From assembly GCA_040377305.1 (NCBI GenBank), contig JBEIPA010000007.1, positions 1 to 64,000 of the forward strand: a stretch of DNA of 64,000 bases, written 5' to 3'. The notes beneath the pieces were generated by a model, which saw only the letters and a program-made list of their open reading frames with translations, ran no database searches and was not told the origin of the DNA. Every line of letters starts with the position of its first letter. The first letter of the stretch is position 1. Made by a program: the position numbers and the translations under genes. The stretch comes from Flavobacteriales bacterium. Lineage in GTDB: Bacteria > Bacteroidota > Bacteroidia > Palsa-965. Positions 1-10,201 of the stretch are shown here, one piece after another.

Positions 1-2
1 AC

Positions 3-1862
3 AATGCCGGAAACATTTGGGTCGGAACGAAGGAGGGAGCTTCACGTTTCGACATCAACACAAAAGTGTTCAACAATTACACCACCGATAACGGATTGGG
101 CGGCAACAACGTGTACAGAATTTTCCGCGACAGCAAAGGCAACATGTGGTTCGGGGCCTTGGGTGGATATCTGTCCGTGTTCGATGGACGCGCATTCACA
201 AAGTATGACGAGAAGAATGGAATCATTCACCGATTCATTCTAAGCATCAACGAAGACAAGGATCACAACATCTGGTTCGGTGCGTACGGTGGTGGATTGT
301 ATAAGTATGATGGAAGTAATTTCAGCAACTACACCACGAAAGATGGAATGACCACAGAGTCTCCATACGCCATCATTGCGGACAACGACAATAACATCTG
401 GATCGGCAACGGACGCGGTCTCGACAAGTTCAATCCGAGAGATACATCATTCACACATTACGGGAAGTACGATGGTTTCCTCGGAGTAGAAGTGAATCCG
501 AATGCGGTGAGTATTGGTCCCGACGGAAAGTTGTGGTTCGGTACCATCATGGGTGCAGTATGTTTTGATCCGGCGGAAAATGTGGTGAACACAACAGAGC
601 CGCTTACAAACATTGTCGGTTTGCGAATCTTCATGCAGGATGCAGAGTTCCCGGAGGAAAACATTTTCACGTACGATCAGAATCACATTACGTTTCTCTT
701 CAACGGAGTTTGTCTCACGAGCCCCGACAAAGTGCGTTACATGTATAAGCTCGAAGGTTTCGACAAAGATTGGTCGCCTCTTCCTGTGAAAATGAACGAA
801 GCAGTCTACACCAATCTTCCTGCTGGCGATTACACCTTCCTCGTGAAGGCAAGTAACAACGATGGCCTGTGGAACAAAGAGCCGGTGAAATATGTGTTCA
901 CCGTGAAGCCTCCGTTCTGGCAAACGTTTACGTTCTACGGATTGATGACCGTCTTTCTGATTTTCTGCATTTACGGATTTGATCAGATGCGCACGCGTCA
1001 GTTGAAGAAACAAAAAAAGCTACTCGAACTGAAAGTGGAAGAACGCACACAAGAGCTGGCTCTGAAGAACGAAGAACTTGCAGAGAAGAATAAAGAAGTA
1101 ACAGATAGTATCCGTTACGCAAAGCGCTTGCAGGATGCCATGTTGCTTCCCGGAAGTGAAATGGGCAAGGTGCTGGCAGATTCGTTCATTCTTTACAAAC
1201 CGAAAGACATTGTAAGCGGAGATTTTTATTTCTTCCGCAGCACAGAAGTGAATGGAAGAAAACGTTTCTGGATTGCAGCTGTCGATTGTACCGGCCACGG
1301 AGTTCCCGGTGCGTTCATGAGTATTGTTACGAATGACATGCTTGCGCGTGCACTCGAAGGAAACGAAGCTGCAACTCCGGCAGATGTTCTGGACAAGCTG
1401 AATATTCTGATGAGCGACAAGATGCGTCACACCATTGATGATGTTCGTGTGCGTGATGGAGTGGATATTGCGCTAGTCGTATTCGAACCAGCCACAATGG
1501 AACTTCATTATTCGGGTGCGTTCAATCCTATGTATCACTTCCGCGGAAAAATGTTTCAGGAATTCAAAGCCGATAAGGTTTCCATTGGAGGATTCAACGA
1601 AGAGAAAGGTAGAAAGTACACGAACCAATCCATGCAACTGCAAACCGGCGACACACTTTATCTTTTCTCTGATGGTTATGCCGATCAGTTTGGTGGTCCG
1701 CAAGGAAAAAAGTTCAAACTCACTCAAATGAAAGCCGTGTTGCTTTCAGTACAGGATCAGGATATGCGCGATCAGGAAAGAATTCTCGATCAAACTATTG
1801 AAGGATGGAGAGGAAGTCTGGAACAGGTAGATGATATGTTGATTGTGGGATTGAGAGTTTAG
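3..1862 (+). CDS. Membrane sensor: two-component-regulator beta-propeller + Y_Y_Y + TM + coiled coil + SpoIIE/PP2C phosphatase (5' truncated by window)
   Basis: Frame open from base 3 (NAGNIWVGTKEG...). Repeated DxxGNxWFG blades, YMYKLEGFDKDW...YTNLPAGDYTFLVKASNNDG, PPFW + TM, then KPKDIVSGDFY, DCTGHGVPGAFMS, FSDGYADQFGG, QVDD PP2C motifs. Confidence 0.9.
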   Translation, partial: NAGNIWVGTKEGASRFDINTKVFNNYTTDNGLGGNNVYRIFRDSKGNMWFGALGGYLSVFDGRAFTKYDEKNGIIHRFILSINEDKDHNIWFGAYGGGLYKYDGSNFSNYTTKDGMTTESPYAIIADNDNNIWIGNGRGLDKFNPRDTSFTHYGKYDGFLGVEVNPNAVSIGPDGKLWFGTIMGAVCFDPAENVVNTTEPLTNIVGLRIFMQDAEFPEENIFTYDQNHITFLFNGVCLTSPDKVRYMYKLEGFDKDWSPLPVKMNEAVYTNLPAGDYTFLVKASNNDGLWNKEPVKYVFTVKPPFWQTFTFYGLMTVFLIFCIYGFDQMRTRQLKKQKKLLELKVEERTQELALKNEELAEKNKEVTDSIRYAKRLQDAMLLPGSEMGKVLADSFILYKPKDIVSGDFYFFRSTEVNGRKRFWIAAVDCTGHGVPGAFMSIVTNDMLARALEGNEAATPADVLDKLNILMSDKMRHTIDDVRVRDGVDIALVVFEPATMELHYSGAFNPMYHFRGKMFQEFKADKVSIGGFNEEKGRKYTNQSMQLQTGDTLYLFSDGYADQFGGPQGKKFKLTQMKAVLLSVQDQDMRDQERILDQTIEGWRGSLEQVDDMLIVGLRV

Positions 1863-2352
1863 TTGAAAATTTGGCGTTTGACATTTGACATTTGACATTT
1901 GGCGTTCATGTGTGGTCTTGATGAAAATTGCGGTAGTCATGTTCAACGCCAAATTTCCAACGCCAAATGTTCAATTAAAAGAAGGAAAGTAAAACTGGAA
2001 CAGGTGGACGATATGTTGATTGTAGGCTTGAGAGTTTAGTTGAAAATTTGGCGTTTGACATTTGACATTTGGCGTTCATGCGGGGTCTTGATGAAAATGG
2101 CGGTAGTTATGTTCAACGCCAAATTTCCAACGCCAAATGTTCAATTAAAAGAAGGAAAGTAAAAATTGGAACAGGTAGATGATATGTTGATTGTGGGATT
2201 GAGAGTTTAGTTGAAAATTTGGCGTTTGACATTTGACATTTGGCGTTCATGTGTGGTCTTGATGAAAATTGCGGTAGTCATGTTCAACGCCAAATTTCCA
2301 ACGCCAAATGTTCAATTAAAAGAAGGAAAGTAAAACTGGAACAGGTGGATGA
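1818..2352 (+). repeat. Tandem array of 170-177 bp units (3 full + a 17-bp stub); each unit = last 15 codons of the upstream gene + heptamer hairpin element
   Basis: Units start at 1818, 1995, 2166, 2336 with (c/t)tggaacaggt; each full unit has ttgaaaatttggcgtt(tgacatt)n...aacgccaaatttccaacgccaaatgttcaa inverted arms. Confidence 0.95.
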
Positions 2353-2462
2353 AATATGCCGACGCTAAATTGAAATATCAGGAGGCGCATGAGCGGCTTC
2401 CAACAGAAACTTATCCGCAGGATCAGCTTCGGAAATGCGACCAAATATTAAAGGAGGACTAG
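2349..2462 (+). pseudogene. 37-codon remnant resembling the end of a TPR-like repeat protein
   Basis: Manual translation MKYADAKLKYQEAHERLPTETYPQDQLRKCDQILKED*, resembling KYxxAxxKYQEAxxxxPxExYPxxQxxKC TPR-like units; starts where the tandem array breaks off. Confidence 0.5.
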
Positions 2463-2528
2463 GTTGGAATTGAAAAATTGGACAGGCCTAAAAATCGAAT
2501 GTGTGACTGGTAAAGCCTCCTCGGCCGT

Positions 2529-3149
2529 ATGAAACAAGCATCTGCAGCAACCCAGGCGACGCTTTACGGTGGACTTTTACTAGCGTTGTGGGCGTTGTAC
2601 TTCTATTCATTCATCTTCAGATTGGACCCGATCGTGGAGTTCTTTTTCCACAGCTTTTTCGGAATCGCCAACTTAGGCTTGCTATTTTACGGTCAGTCAA
2701 TAGTGAAGCGCTTAAACCGAAATTACATTCCATGGGCTGTAGCGCTGTTTTTTCTCACACCTTTCGCGTTAATAGTTTTAGGTCAATTGTCTCGGGTGGA
2801 AGTAGTCATACCATTGAATTACATTGTAGAAGATCAAAGGTCAAATCCCAACAGGCTACCCACAATTTACCTTAAGACAGGAACTTCGTCGTTACTTGAT
2901 GCATTGGCGAATGACACGTTTACATTGCAACATCTTATCAGGACGTATCAGGATCACCTTAAAGATTACACACGAATGTTTCCTGTAGCTGCTGCGTACG
3001 AGCTGAACAGACGCAACGTGGAATTAGCTGCCGACCTAAAATTGAAACTCGATCAGTTTGCAAAGGAGAATGGCAAACCGGAGTTCCTATCGCTCGTAGA
3101 AGAAATCAGAGTGATGGCTCCCTGGGAAATGATAGAACGATTTAACTGA
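2529..3149 (+). CDS. Hypothetical membrane protein (about 3 N-terminal TM helices)
   Basis: 206-aa ORF with a hydrophobic N-terminal half; no family recognised. Confidence 0.7.
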   Translation: MKQASAATQATLYGGLLLALWALYFYSFIFRLDPIVEFFFHSFFGIANLGLLFYGQSIVKRLNRNYIPWAVALFFLTPFALIVLGQLSRVEVVIPLNYIVEDQRSNPNRLPTIYLKTGTSSLLDALANDTFTLQHLIRTYQDHLKDYTRMFPVAAAYELNRRNVELAADLKLKLDQFAKENGKPEFLSLVEEIRVMAPWEMIERFN

Positions 3150-3156
3150 GCGAGTG

Positions 3157-3690
3157 ATGGAAAGGGACAATTTCAATATTAGGATCGCAGAATCGGACGA
3201 CCTGAGTACACTCCGGGATTTAGGCATTTCTTCTTTCACCTCCGCCTACGCCCGCTTCAACACCACCGAAAACATGCACGCCTATCTCTCTGAGAATTTT
3301 TCCGAAGAGAAATTACTAAGTGAAATAAATGCCGGAGAAATTCTTGTCGGACTGCAGAATGAAACTATCGTCGCGTACACGAAACTTGTTATTCCGGATC
3401 CTTCAAAAATTCCGGGTAGCAATCCGCTGGAAATTGCACGACTCTATATCGACACTCAACTGATCGGTAAAGGAATCGGAGTTAACATGATTGCTGCGAT
3501 TGCAGAAGAAGCGCGCAAACGCGGATGCGATTCTATTTGTCTTGACGTGTGGCAGAAAAATTATCGCGCCATCAATTTCTACCAACGGGAAGGATTCCGG
3601 ATATTCGGTCTTACACAGTTCCGGTTAGGAGATGATGTGCAAGATGATTTTGTGATGGTGCGAAAGCTAAGGGATGCGAAGCATTATTGA
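3157..3690 (+). CDS. GNAT N-acetyltransferase (PaiA-like)
   Basis: LEIARLYI, GKGIG, LDVWQKNYRAINFYQREGF, FRLGDDVQDDFVM motifs. Confidence 0.85.
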   Translation: MERDNFNIRIAESDDLSTLRDLGISSFTSAYARFNTTENMHAYLSENFSEEKLLSEINAGEILVGLQNETIVAYTKLVIPDPSKIPGSNPLEIARLYIDTQLIGKGIGVNMIAAIAEEARKRGCDSICLDVWQKNYRAINFYQREGFRIFGLTQFRLGDDVQDDFVMVRKLRDAKHY

Positions 3691-3715
3691 ATCCTGCGAA
3701 GCTCACAAAAGTATA

Positions 3716-3746
3716 CCCTCTCCTTTGGAGAGGGGTTGGGGTGAGG
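3716..3746. repeat. REP-like palindrome
   Basis: ccctctcc-ttt-ggagaggg-gttggggtgagg, intergenic. Confidence 0.6.
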
Positions 3747-3880
3747 CTCTTTGATTCCCGAAGAGCAACACACCAGCCATTATTATGACCAATTTCTGGT
3801 GGTACAACGTTTTTTACTCCCGTCTCCCGTCTGTCACCTCCCGTCTTATCGTAACTTCGTTATCTAACTCAAACTCATCT

Positions 3881-4366
3881 ATGAACACACTTACTACACT
3901 TCTTGTATCAGCACTCATTCCACTGCTAATCGGGTTTGTCTATTATCATCCGAAAGTATTCGGAAATTTCTGGATGCGTGTTGCCGAAGTATCAGAAGAC
4001 AAATTGAAAACCGGGAATTTCGTTGGTATTCTCATCATGACCTATGTACTCGGATTTCTGATTTCAGCGCTGATGATGTCAATGGTGATACACCAGATGC
4101 ATGTCTTTTCTCTTTTTGCAGAACTTCCGGATAAAGATACACTGGGTGCCGATTTCCTTGCTAAATATGGAACTCTTTTCCGTACGTTCAAGCACGGCGC
4201 ATTTCATGGCGTACTCACGGCAGTTTTGTTTGTAACTCCAATCATTGGAATCAACGCAATGTTCGAACGTCGTGGATTCAAATACATCATGGTGCATTCC
4301 GGCTTCTGGATCATTTCGTTTGCTCTTATGGGCGGACTAATCTGCCAGTTCGCAATGCGTTCGTAA
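3881..4366 (+). CDS. DUF1761-like membrane protein
   Basis: LIGFVYYHPKVFGNFWM, RTFKHGAFHG, NAMFERRGFKYI; start moved to ATG 3881, downstream of taacttcg at 3852. Confidence 0.85.
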   Translation: MNTLTTLLVSALIPLLIGFVYYHPKVFGNFWMRVAEVSEDKLKTGNFVGILIMTYVLGFLISALMMSMVIHQMHVFSLFAELPDKDTLGADFLAKYGTLFRTFKHGAFHGVLTAVLFVTPIIGINAMFERRGFKYIMVHSGFWIISFALMGGLICQFAMRS

Positions 4367-4888
4367 ATGACTGAAGAAATTATTTTTGAAACGCAGCGTC
4401 TTCAGTTACGGAAAGTTAATCCGCAGGAAGACGCTGCGTTTTTTATTGAACTCGTGAACAGTCCGAAATGGCTGAAGTACATCGGCGACCGCAACCTCCA
4501 CACGCTGGAAACCACCATTAAGTATTTGGAGGATCGTGTAATGAAGAGTTATACCGACAATGGTTACGGCGGTTATATCGTTATTGAAAAATCATCTGGC
4601 AACAGAGTAGGTACAGCAGGATTGTATAAACGTCCTGTGCTCGATTGTCCTGATGTGGGTTACGCACTTCTTCCTGCTTACGAAGGAATGGGATACGCAT
4701 TTGAATCGGCAAACCGCATGATTGAACTGGCGCGCGAACTGAAACTACCCAAAGTATACGGGATTACAGTTGCGTATCATCAACGATCCATTCATCTGCT
4801 CGAAAAACTCGGGTTGAAATTCGAAAGGCTTTTCAGAATGGAAAATGATCCCGAAGAGTTGAGCCTCTATAGAATTGATCTCGCATGA
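4367..4888 (+). CDS. GNAT N-acetyltransferase (RimJ/RimL-like)
   Basis: ETQRLQLR, WLKYIGDRN, DVGYALLPAYEGMGYAFE, SIHLLEKLGLKF. Confidence 0.88.
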   Translation: MTEEIIFETQRLQLRKVNPQEDAAFFIELVNSPKWLKYIGDRNLHTLETTIKYLEDRVMKSYTDNGYGGYIVIEKSSGNRVGTAGLYKRPVLDCPDVGYALLPAYEGMGYAFESANRMIELARELKLPKVYGITVAYHQRSIHLLEKLGLKFERLFRMENDPEELSLYRIDLA

Positions 4889-5274
4889 GTATACCACGTT
4901 GGAAAATATCGCTTTACGCAATGGCTGCGCTCTACATCGGTGCAGGCATCAATCACTTTTTGAATCCGGATTTCTACTTGTCGGTAATGCCCGATTGGTT
5001 ACCTCTGCACGAATGGTCGAACTGGCTTAGTGGAGTAGCGGAGATCGTTCTCGGAATCATGCTCATTCCATTGGCAACAAGAAGATTCGCCGCGTGGATG
5101 ATCATTCTCATGCTAAGCGTTTTCTTTTTCCTGATACACATTCCGATGTGTTTTCATTATGAAACAGGAACGATGATGTTTTGGATTGCGATAATTCGAC
5201 TTCCATTGCAGATTGTATTGATTAATTGGGCGTGGAAGTTTGCGAAGAAGAGAAAAATCAAAATCTCACATTAA
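4885..5274 (+). CDS. DoxX-like membrane protein
   Basis: AGINHFLNPDFYLSVMP, SGVAEIVLG, RLPLQIVLI; ATGA overlap with the upstream gene. Confidence 0.8.
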   Translation: MSIPRWKISLYAMAALYIGAGINHFLNPDFYLSVMPDWLPLHEWSNWLSGVAEIVLGIMLIPLATRRFAAWMIILMLSVFFFLIHIPMCFHYETGTMMFWIAIIRLPLQIVLINWAWKFAKKRKIKISH

Positions 5275-5378
5275 CTGCTGTCGCATTTTGGTTTCTGTCC
5301 AACACGATTTTCACTTGTCTATAGCGCTAATTTCACATTTCGTAACCCGATGGATGTGAGTTCGCAAGTGCCCCGATA

Positions 5379-5441
5379 CCGTATTAATACGGGGGCGTAA
5401 TCCCGTAGAAATACGGGGGAACAAAAGACGTATTTCTACGT
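5379..5441. promoter_or_regulatory. Three phased 14-bp dyads with CGTA...TACG cores (putative operator array)
   Basis: ccgtattaatacgg (5379, perfect palindrome), ccgtagaaatacgg (5403), acgtatttctacgt (5428); 24 and 25 bp spacing upstream of the 5490 ATG. Confidence 0.55.
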
Positions 5442-5489
5442 GTTGACACGAGTTGTTTTCTGGACTACTTTTCGAAAATAACCTACAAC

Positions 5490-7265
5490 ATGAAACAATT
5501 GCCCCTCCCCCTGCTCGTATTACATCGATTCGTACTCGTGCTTTCCTTTGTGCTATCAGCAACATTTACGAATGCTCAGAACAACTGGAACGTAAATGGT
5601 AATGCAACTACCAATGGAAATTTTCTTGGCACCACGAACAACGAACCGCTGATCTTCAAAACAAATTCACTCGAAGCACTTCGTATTAAACCGAACGGTG
5701 AGATCAAAGTAGCTTCTTTTGAAAATCTCGGTAAAGGTGTTGTTACGTTTAGCAACAATGGTGTACTTACTACGCGCATTTTTCCTAACGACACGAACCA
5801 GGTTTTCTGCGGCAGCGGAAACTTCAAGAGTGTTGCTGCACTCAGCGGTTGGACGCGCACCGGAAATGTGCTGTACAATTCAACGGGAGTGAATGTCGGA
5901 ATAGGCACGAACACTCCGCAGGTTGCGTTAGACGTAGTAGGGTCTGCCAACTTCACGGGTACAGTAACAGCGCAAGGTGTGTTCTTATCGAACAAAGTTT
6001 TAGCCGATACGTTGAAAGCTGCCAGCATGTTTTCACTGAACAACAATCTTCACATGAGTGGTGGTACGAGCAATGAAATGTATACCACAACTGGCGATCT
6101 GAAGATTCAATGTAATCCGAATGTGTATGCTTCGAGTGTGATTTTCGCAGCAGGGACAGGTGGGAATGTGGGGATTGGGACGTTTAGCCCCATATATAAA
6201 CTCGATGTGGATGGCAAATTGCGGGTGACGGATAAGATCCTTGTGAATAAAATAGCCCCGTTACCTGGCGATAGCGCAGTTTATATCGGCGATAGTTCCG
6301 TTGTCATTTCGAGCTGGAACGGGAACAAAATTTATGGTTCGACACAAGGCCTCGGAGTTGGTTCAAGTACCGCATTTGCACGCGGTCAGAATTCCGTTGC
6401 AATTGGCCAAAAAGTTCGCACGCCGGTTACAGCAAATAATGCAATAATTATAGGAACAGGACTCATAGCGGGAAATGGTGTCTTCGAAAACGCAATCCCT
6501 AATTCATTGATGGTCGGTTTCAATAGCGATAAACCGACATTATTCATGTCCCCAGCGGCAGGATTGGGTACGGTGGGGAAAGTTGGTGTAGCAACAATTA
6601 ACCCGGAAGGACTTTTTCAGGTAGGAGATGCATTTGGGAAAATCATCATGGCGCCAACTTTCAATGGAACGCAAGGGGCTCAGAGTACGATTGGTTTCAA
6701 CGTGCATCAGGATGCCGTGACAGGATGGTACACAGCAAGAGGAAATGGAAGTTCTAACGCCGGAAGTGCTATCACTCAAGATGATGAAGGAGCTTTGCGT
6801 TTCTATGTTTTTGATAAAACAAGTGGTGTTGATCAATCAGTTGACCAAATACATTTCGAAACACAATCGATACTGACGCTGTGGGGAGACAGAGTGCAGA
6901 TAGGACAGCGAAATCTGTCCAATTCGAGTCCGTACAACACAAGTTTTACCAAGCTCGCTGTTGATGGTGGAATAGTCTGCAAAGATTTAGTTGTTACTGC
7001 AGTTGATTGGCAGGATGAGGTATTTGATTCAACTTATTATCTCACCCCATTAGATTCCGTTGCCTCATTCATTTCGAATAATGGTCATCTACCAGGAGTG
7101 AAACCCCAGAGTGAAATCGAACAGAATGGAATGTCTATGAGCGAAACCATTGCCATGCAGCAACGCAAAATCGAGGAGCTCACACTTTATATTATTCAGC
7201 TCGATGCCCGACTCAAGGAAGTAGAAGAGAAGGACAAAAAAGTTACAGTTGAACAGCCGAAATAA
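5490..7265 (+). CDS. Secreted fibre-like protein with NVGIGT repeats and a C-terminal S74-like chaperone/coiled coil
   Basis: Signal peptide, GNFLGTTNNEPLIFKTN, NVGIGT twice, WQDEVFDSTYYL..NNGHLPGV..KIEELTLYIIQL. Confidence 0.8.
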   Translation: MKQLPLPLLVLHRFVLVLSFVLSATFTNAQNNWNVNGNATTNGNFLGTTNNEPLIFKTNSLEALRIKPNGEIKVASFENLGKGVVTFSNNGVLTTRIFPNDTNQVFCGSGNFKSVAALSGWTRTGNVLYNSTGVNVGIGTNTPQVALDVVGSANFTGTVTAQGVFLSNKVLADTLKAASMFSLNNNLHMSGGTSNEMYTTTGDLKIQCNPNVYASSVIFAAGTGGNVGIGTFSPIYKLDVDGKLRVTDKILVNKIAPLPGDSAVYIGDSSVVISSWNGNKIYGSTQGLGVGSSTAFARGQNSVAIGQKVRTPVTANNAIIIGTGLIAGNGVFENAIPNSLMVGFNSDKPTLFMSPAAGLGTVGKVGVATINPEGLFQVGDAFGKIIMAPTFNGTQGAQSTIGFNVHQDAVTGWYTARGNGSSNAGSAITQDDEGALRFYVFDKTSGVDQSVDQIHFETQSILTLWGDRVQIGQRNLSNSSPYNTSFTKLAVDGGIVCKDLVVTAVDWQDEVFDSTYYLTPLDSVASFISNNGHLPGVKPQSEIEQNGMSMSETIAMQQRKIEELTLYIIQLDARLKEVEEKDKKVTVEQPK

Positions 7266-7275
7266 TCTGCGCAAC

Positions 7276-10197
7276 ATGAAAAAGCTAACTTGTTTACTTC
7301 TCGGCTCACTCGCCTCTGTCCTCGTAATCGGACAAGCGACACCTGTTACTCCGGTTGAAACGATGAACGCGTTTACTGGTGTAACCTCCATCTTCGCTCC
7401 ATTTGAATTACATTCACCCTACAGCGGTGTTGGTCCTGTTCTGATTCAGGGCGCTGCTCAAGTCGATTTTACTGCGGGAGAACGTGTGCATCTGCAGCCG
7501 GGATTTCAGGCGGTCAACTTTACCGGTAATGGATATTTTCATGCACAGATTGGAGCAGCACCTGATTTTGATGTGGTGTTTATTGAGCCGAATGCGCAGT
7601 CCCCGCAAGTCGGACTCAATCAAAAACTTGAATTGGGTATGATTTTGCCAGCTGCAATTGCCCAAGAAATCAATAATTATCTAGCGACAGGAGTCGGTGT
7701 GAATCCATTCGATCAAGAGCAAATTAATATTGAAGCGAATTTTAGCCATGGAAGTGTTCATTATAAAACCTACGCGTTTTTTTACGAGGAGTTTGAAAGG
7801 GATGCAAACACCCTAATTCCAGAAACACCATATAACTGGCTACCCCAAACTACATCGTACAACTGGAGGATCCGTTTCGCTCCACGTGATCTTGGTGAAT
7901 GGAAGTTAGACATCTCAATATATCTTCAGAACAGTACACAACCTATAAATGTGGTCAGTGATATTGTATTTAATTGCATTCCATCTTCGAACCCAGGGTT
8001 TCTAAGGGTTGGATCCGACAATAGGCATTTGAAATTCAGTACATCTGGTAATAGTTTCTTCGCGATTGGTCAGAACGTGGCGTGGTGTGATGCATTTTTT
8101 AGAGGGGGCACACCAACCACTATAAATCGGCCGCACTCGACAGGCATCTTAGATATTCACAATTATATTTCTTCAATCGGGGATAATGAAGGTAATTTCG
8201 TTCGATTTCTTGTTACGCCACAATTCGGTGAAATTGAATGGGGTGAGATTGGTAATTATTCTTCCGTGAATTCTTCGGGAATCGGACAAACTTCAAACAC
8301 CGGGTTAGCACAAGCGTGGGAACTGGATCAGTTGTTCGAGCTGTGTGAATCAAAAAACGTGTACATGATGTTGAATATTCCCTTTCATGGCGAATATACC
8401 ATTGGCTCAAATGAGCCATATTGGGGATGGGAAAGTAATCCATACCACACCGGCATTTCAGATATCGTAAATCCAAAGGATTTATATCTTGACGAGAATC
8501 ACTATGTTGAAGTGTACAAGCATTTCATAAATAAATATCGTTACTATTTATCTAGGTATGGCTATTCTACGAGTTTGGGTGTTCTGCAGTTGTTCAGTGA
8601 ATTTGACAATTGGACGGAACATGAGAACATGCAGAACGACACACCGTTGAGAGCGGCTGCTTTTGCATTTCTCCTCGATCATACGGATTACATTAAATCA
8701 ATAGATGACGGCAGATCTCACTTGTTGTCAGTTTCCTTCGGAACCGAGCCATGGATAATGGGTCTTCCGTCCGATGACCATATATTCGATTCTCCTAATA
8801 TCGATGTCACCAGCGCGAATAGTTATACGAATGAAAGAACTGCTGCTTGGTACCTGTTTTCAGAATACAATGGTTGCTTCGCTTGTTCTGGTACCGATGA
8901 ACGACTATTTGATAACTGGGACAAGCCAGGATTGCTAACAGAAACTGGATTGAGTTCCCCGCGAACTGCAACAATAATACTTAACGGTGATCCTGTTGAT
9001 GTTCCAGAGGCTGATGCGGATGATGTTTCCGGCTGCAGCGATATTACATTTCACAATTATATGTGGTCGTCCGCTTTCAGTGGAGGTTATGGTACAGCTC
9101 TGAACTGGTGGAATTGGGATAGTGATGACTACAGAGAGAACAATTATCCTGCAATCGCGCATTTCTTTTCATTATTTGATTTTGAAGAAAGTTCCTATTC
9201 TGAACCCGGTCGCTGGGACGATGCGACGTTTCCTACTAGCCAATCGTCACGATTAGAAACGGTTTATTTGAAGTCAGTTACTCACGATCATGTGATAGGT
9301 TGGGCCCATAACATGACATATTGGTGGGGCAATATTGATGAGAATTGCGGTGATCGTTACAACCTCACAATGCCAATCATGCCGGGTGATAATGACGACC
9401 CCGGGATAACCAACCCCATCTCTGCACCAGTGGATGCGTTAGGAGATCCATTTCCAACTCGTGTTGAAGGTCTGAATTTTGGCAGATATCGTATCCAAAT
9501 GTACAATACGACAGGTGGAGGAGGACCTTATCTGAGCCCAAGGTATAAGTGGACTGACCTTTTCGGTCGACTAGAGGTTCCGAGTCCTAACATCGGATTC
9601 TTATATGAGGCGGATTATGCATTTAGTGCAGACCTTGATCCATTGCTAGGCCTTAGGGAAAGCAATGAGATAACGTTAGACACAGTTTTTCAGTGTGCGG
9701 ATTCAGTCGTGGTTGCTGAAGCAGTATTTGAAAACGACTCGAGTGAAATGCTTACTTATCATTGGTACTTGAACAGCGCTTTGTATTATGAAGGCGCGCA
9801 CCCGACTTTTTCATTTCTAACGGCCGGAGTGCATGATATAGTCCTTGTTATCAGAAATTCCGCAGACACGGTAATAACATATTCTCAATGTATTATTGTT
9901 GAAGATTGCAACGCAATTAATAGTGATCGCCTGTTGAATCCAATTAACGACGATGAAAATGATATAGTGAGCCTATATCCTAATCCGGCCACCACCGAGA
10001 TAGTAATTTCCAGCGGAGGCAACATCGAAATAAATGCTGTGTCGGTATATCATACTGACGGTAGGCTATTGATGAGAATGGAAGGTATTAATTCAAAGCA
10101 GTATATTGTAGACATATCACAAATGGAACCGGGGTCATATATGATAATTGTGACTTCAAACGTGGGGTTGCAAGTAAAGAAGTTTATCAAAATTTAA
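7276..10197 (+). CDS. T9SS-secreted clan GH-A (GH5-like) glycoside hydrolase with DUF5060-like and PKD-like modules
   Basis: Signal peptide MKKLTCLLLG; VHLQPGFQA; WRIRFAPRDLGEW; FFAIGQNVAW; LFSE and LLTETG as candidate catalytic Glu motifs; YPNPA...KKFIKI CTD. Confidence 0.75.
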   Translation: MKKLTCLLLGSLASVLVIGQATPVTPVETMNAFTGVTSIFAPFELHSPYSGVGPVLIQGAAQVDFTAGERVHLQPGFQAVNFTGNGYFHAQIGAAPDFDVVFIEPNAQSPQVGLNQKLELGMILPAAIAQEINNYLATGVGVNPFDQEQINIEANFSHGSVHYKTYAFFYEEFERDANTLIPETPYNWLPQTTSYNWRIRFAPRDLGEWKLDISIYLQNSTQPINVVSDIVFNCIPSSNPGFLRVGSDNRHLKFSTSGNSFFAIGQNVAWCDAFFRGGTPTTINRPHSTGILDIHNYISSIGDNEGNFVRFLVTPQFGEIEWGEIGNYSSVNSSGIGQTSNTGLAQAWELDQLFELCESKNVYMMLNIPFHGEYTIGSNEPYWGWESNPYHTGISDIVNPKDLYLDENHYVEVYKHFINKYRYYLSRYGYSTSLGVLQLFSEFDNWTEHENMQNDTPLRAAAFAFLLDHTDYIKSIDDGRSHLLSVSFGTEPWIMGLPSDDHIFDSPNIDVTSANSYTNERTAAWYLFSEYNGCFACSGTDERLFDNWDKPGLLTETGLSSPRTATIILNGDPVDVPEADADDVSGCSDITFHNYMWSSAFSGGYGTALNWWNWDSDDYRENNYPAIAHFFSLFDFEESSYSEPGRWDDATFPTSQSSRLETVYLKSVTHDHVIGWAHNMTYWWGNIDENCGDRYNLTMPIMPGDNDDPGITNPISAPVDALGDPFPTRVEGLNFGRYRIQMYNTTGGGGPYLSPRYKWTDLFGRLEVPSPNIGFLYEADYAFSADLDPLLGLRESNEITLDTVFQCADSVVVAEAVFENDSSEMLTYHWYLNSALYYEGAHPTFSFLTAGVHDIVLVIRNSADTVITYSQCIIVEDCNAINSDRLLNPINDDENDIVSLYPNPATTEIVISSGGNIEINAVSVYHTDGRLLMRMEGINSKQYIVDISQMEPGSYMIIVTSNVGLQVKKFIKI

Positions 10198-10201
10198 AGT
10201 T

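Noticed and set aside
1818-2352. CRISPR array
   Set aside because: Whole 170-177 bp units repeat with no unique spacers, and no cas genes are present.
5490-7265. Prophage tail fibre
   Set aside because: Has a signal peptide and no phage structural, terminase or integrase neighbours.
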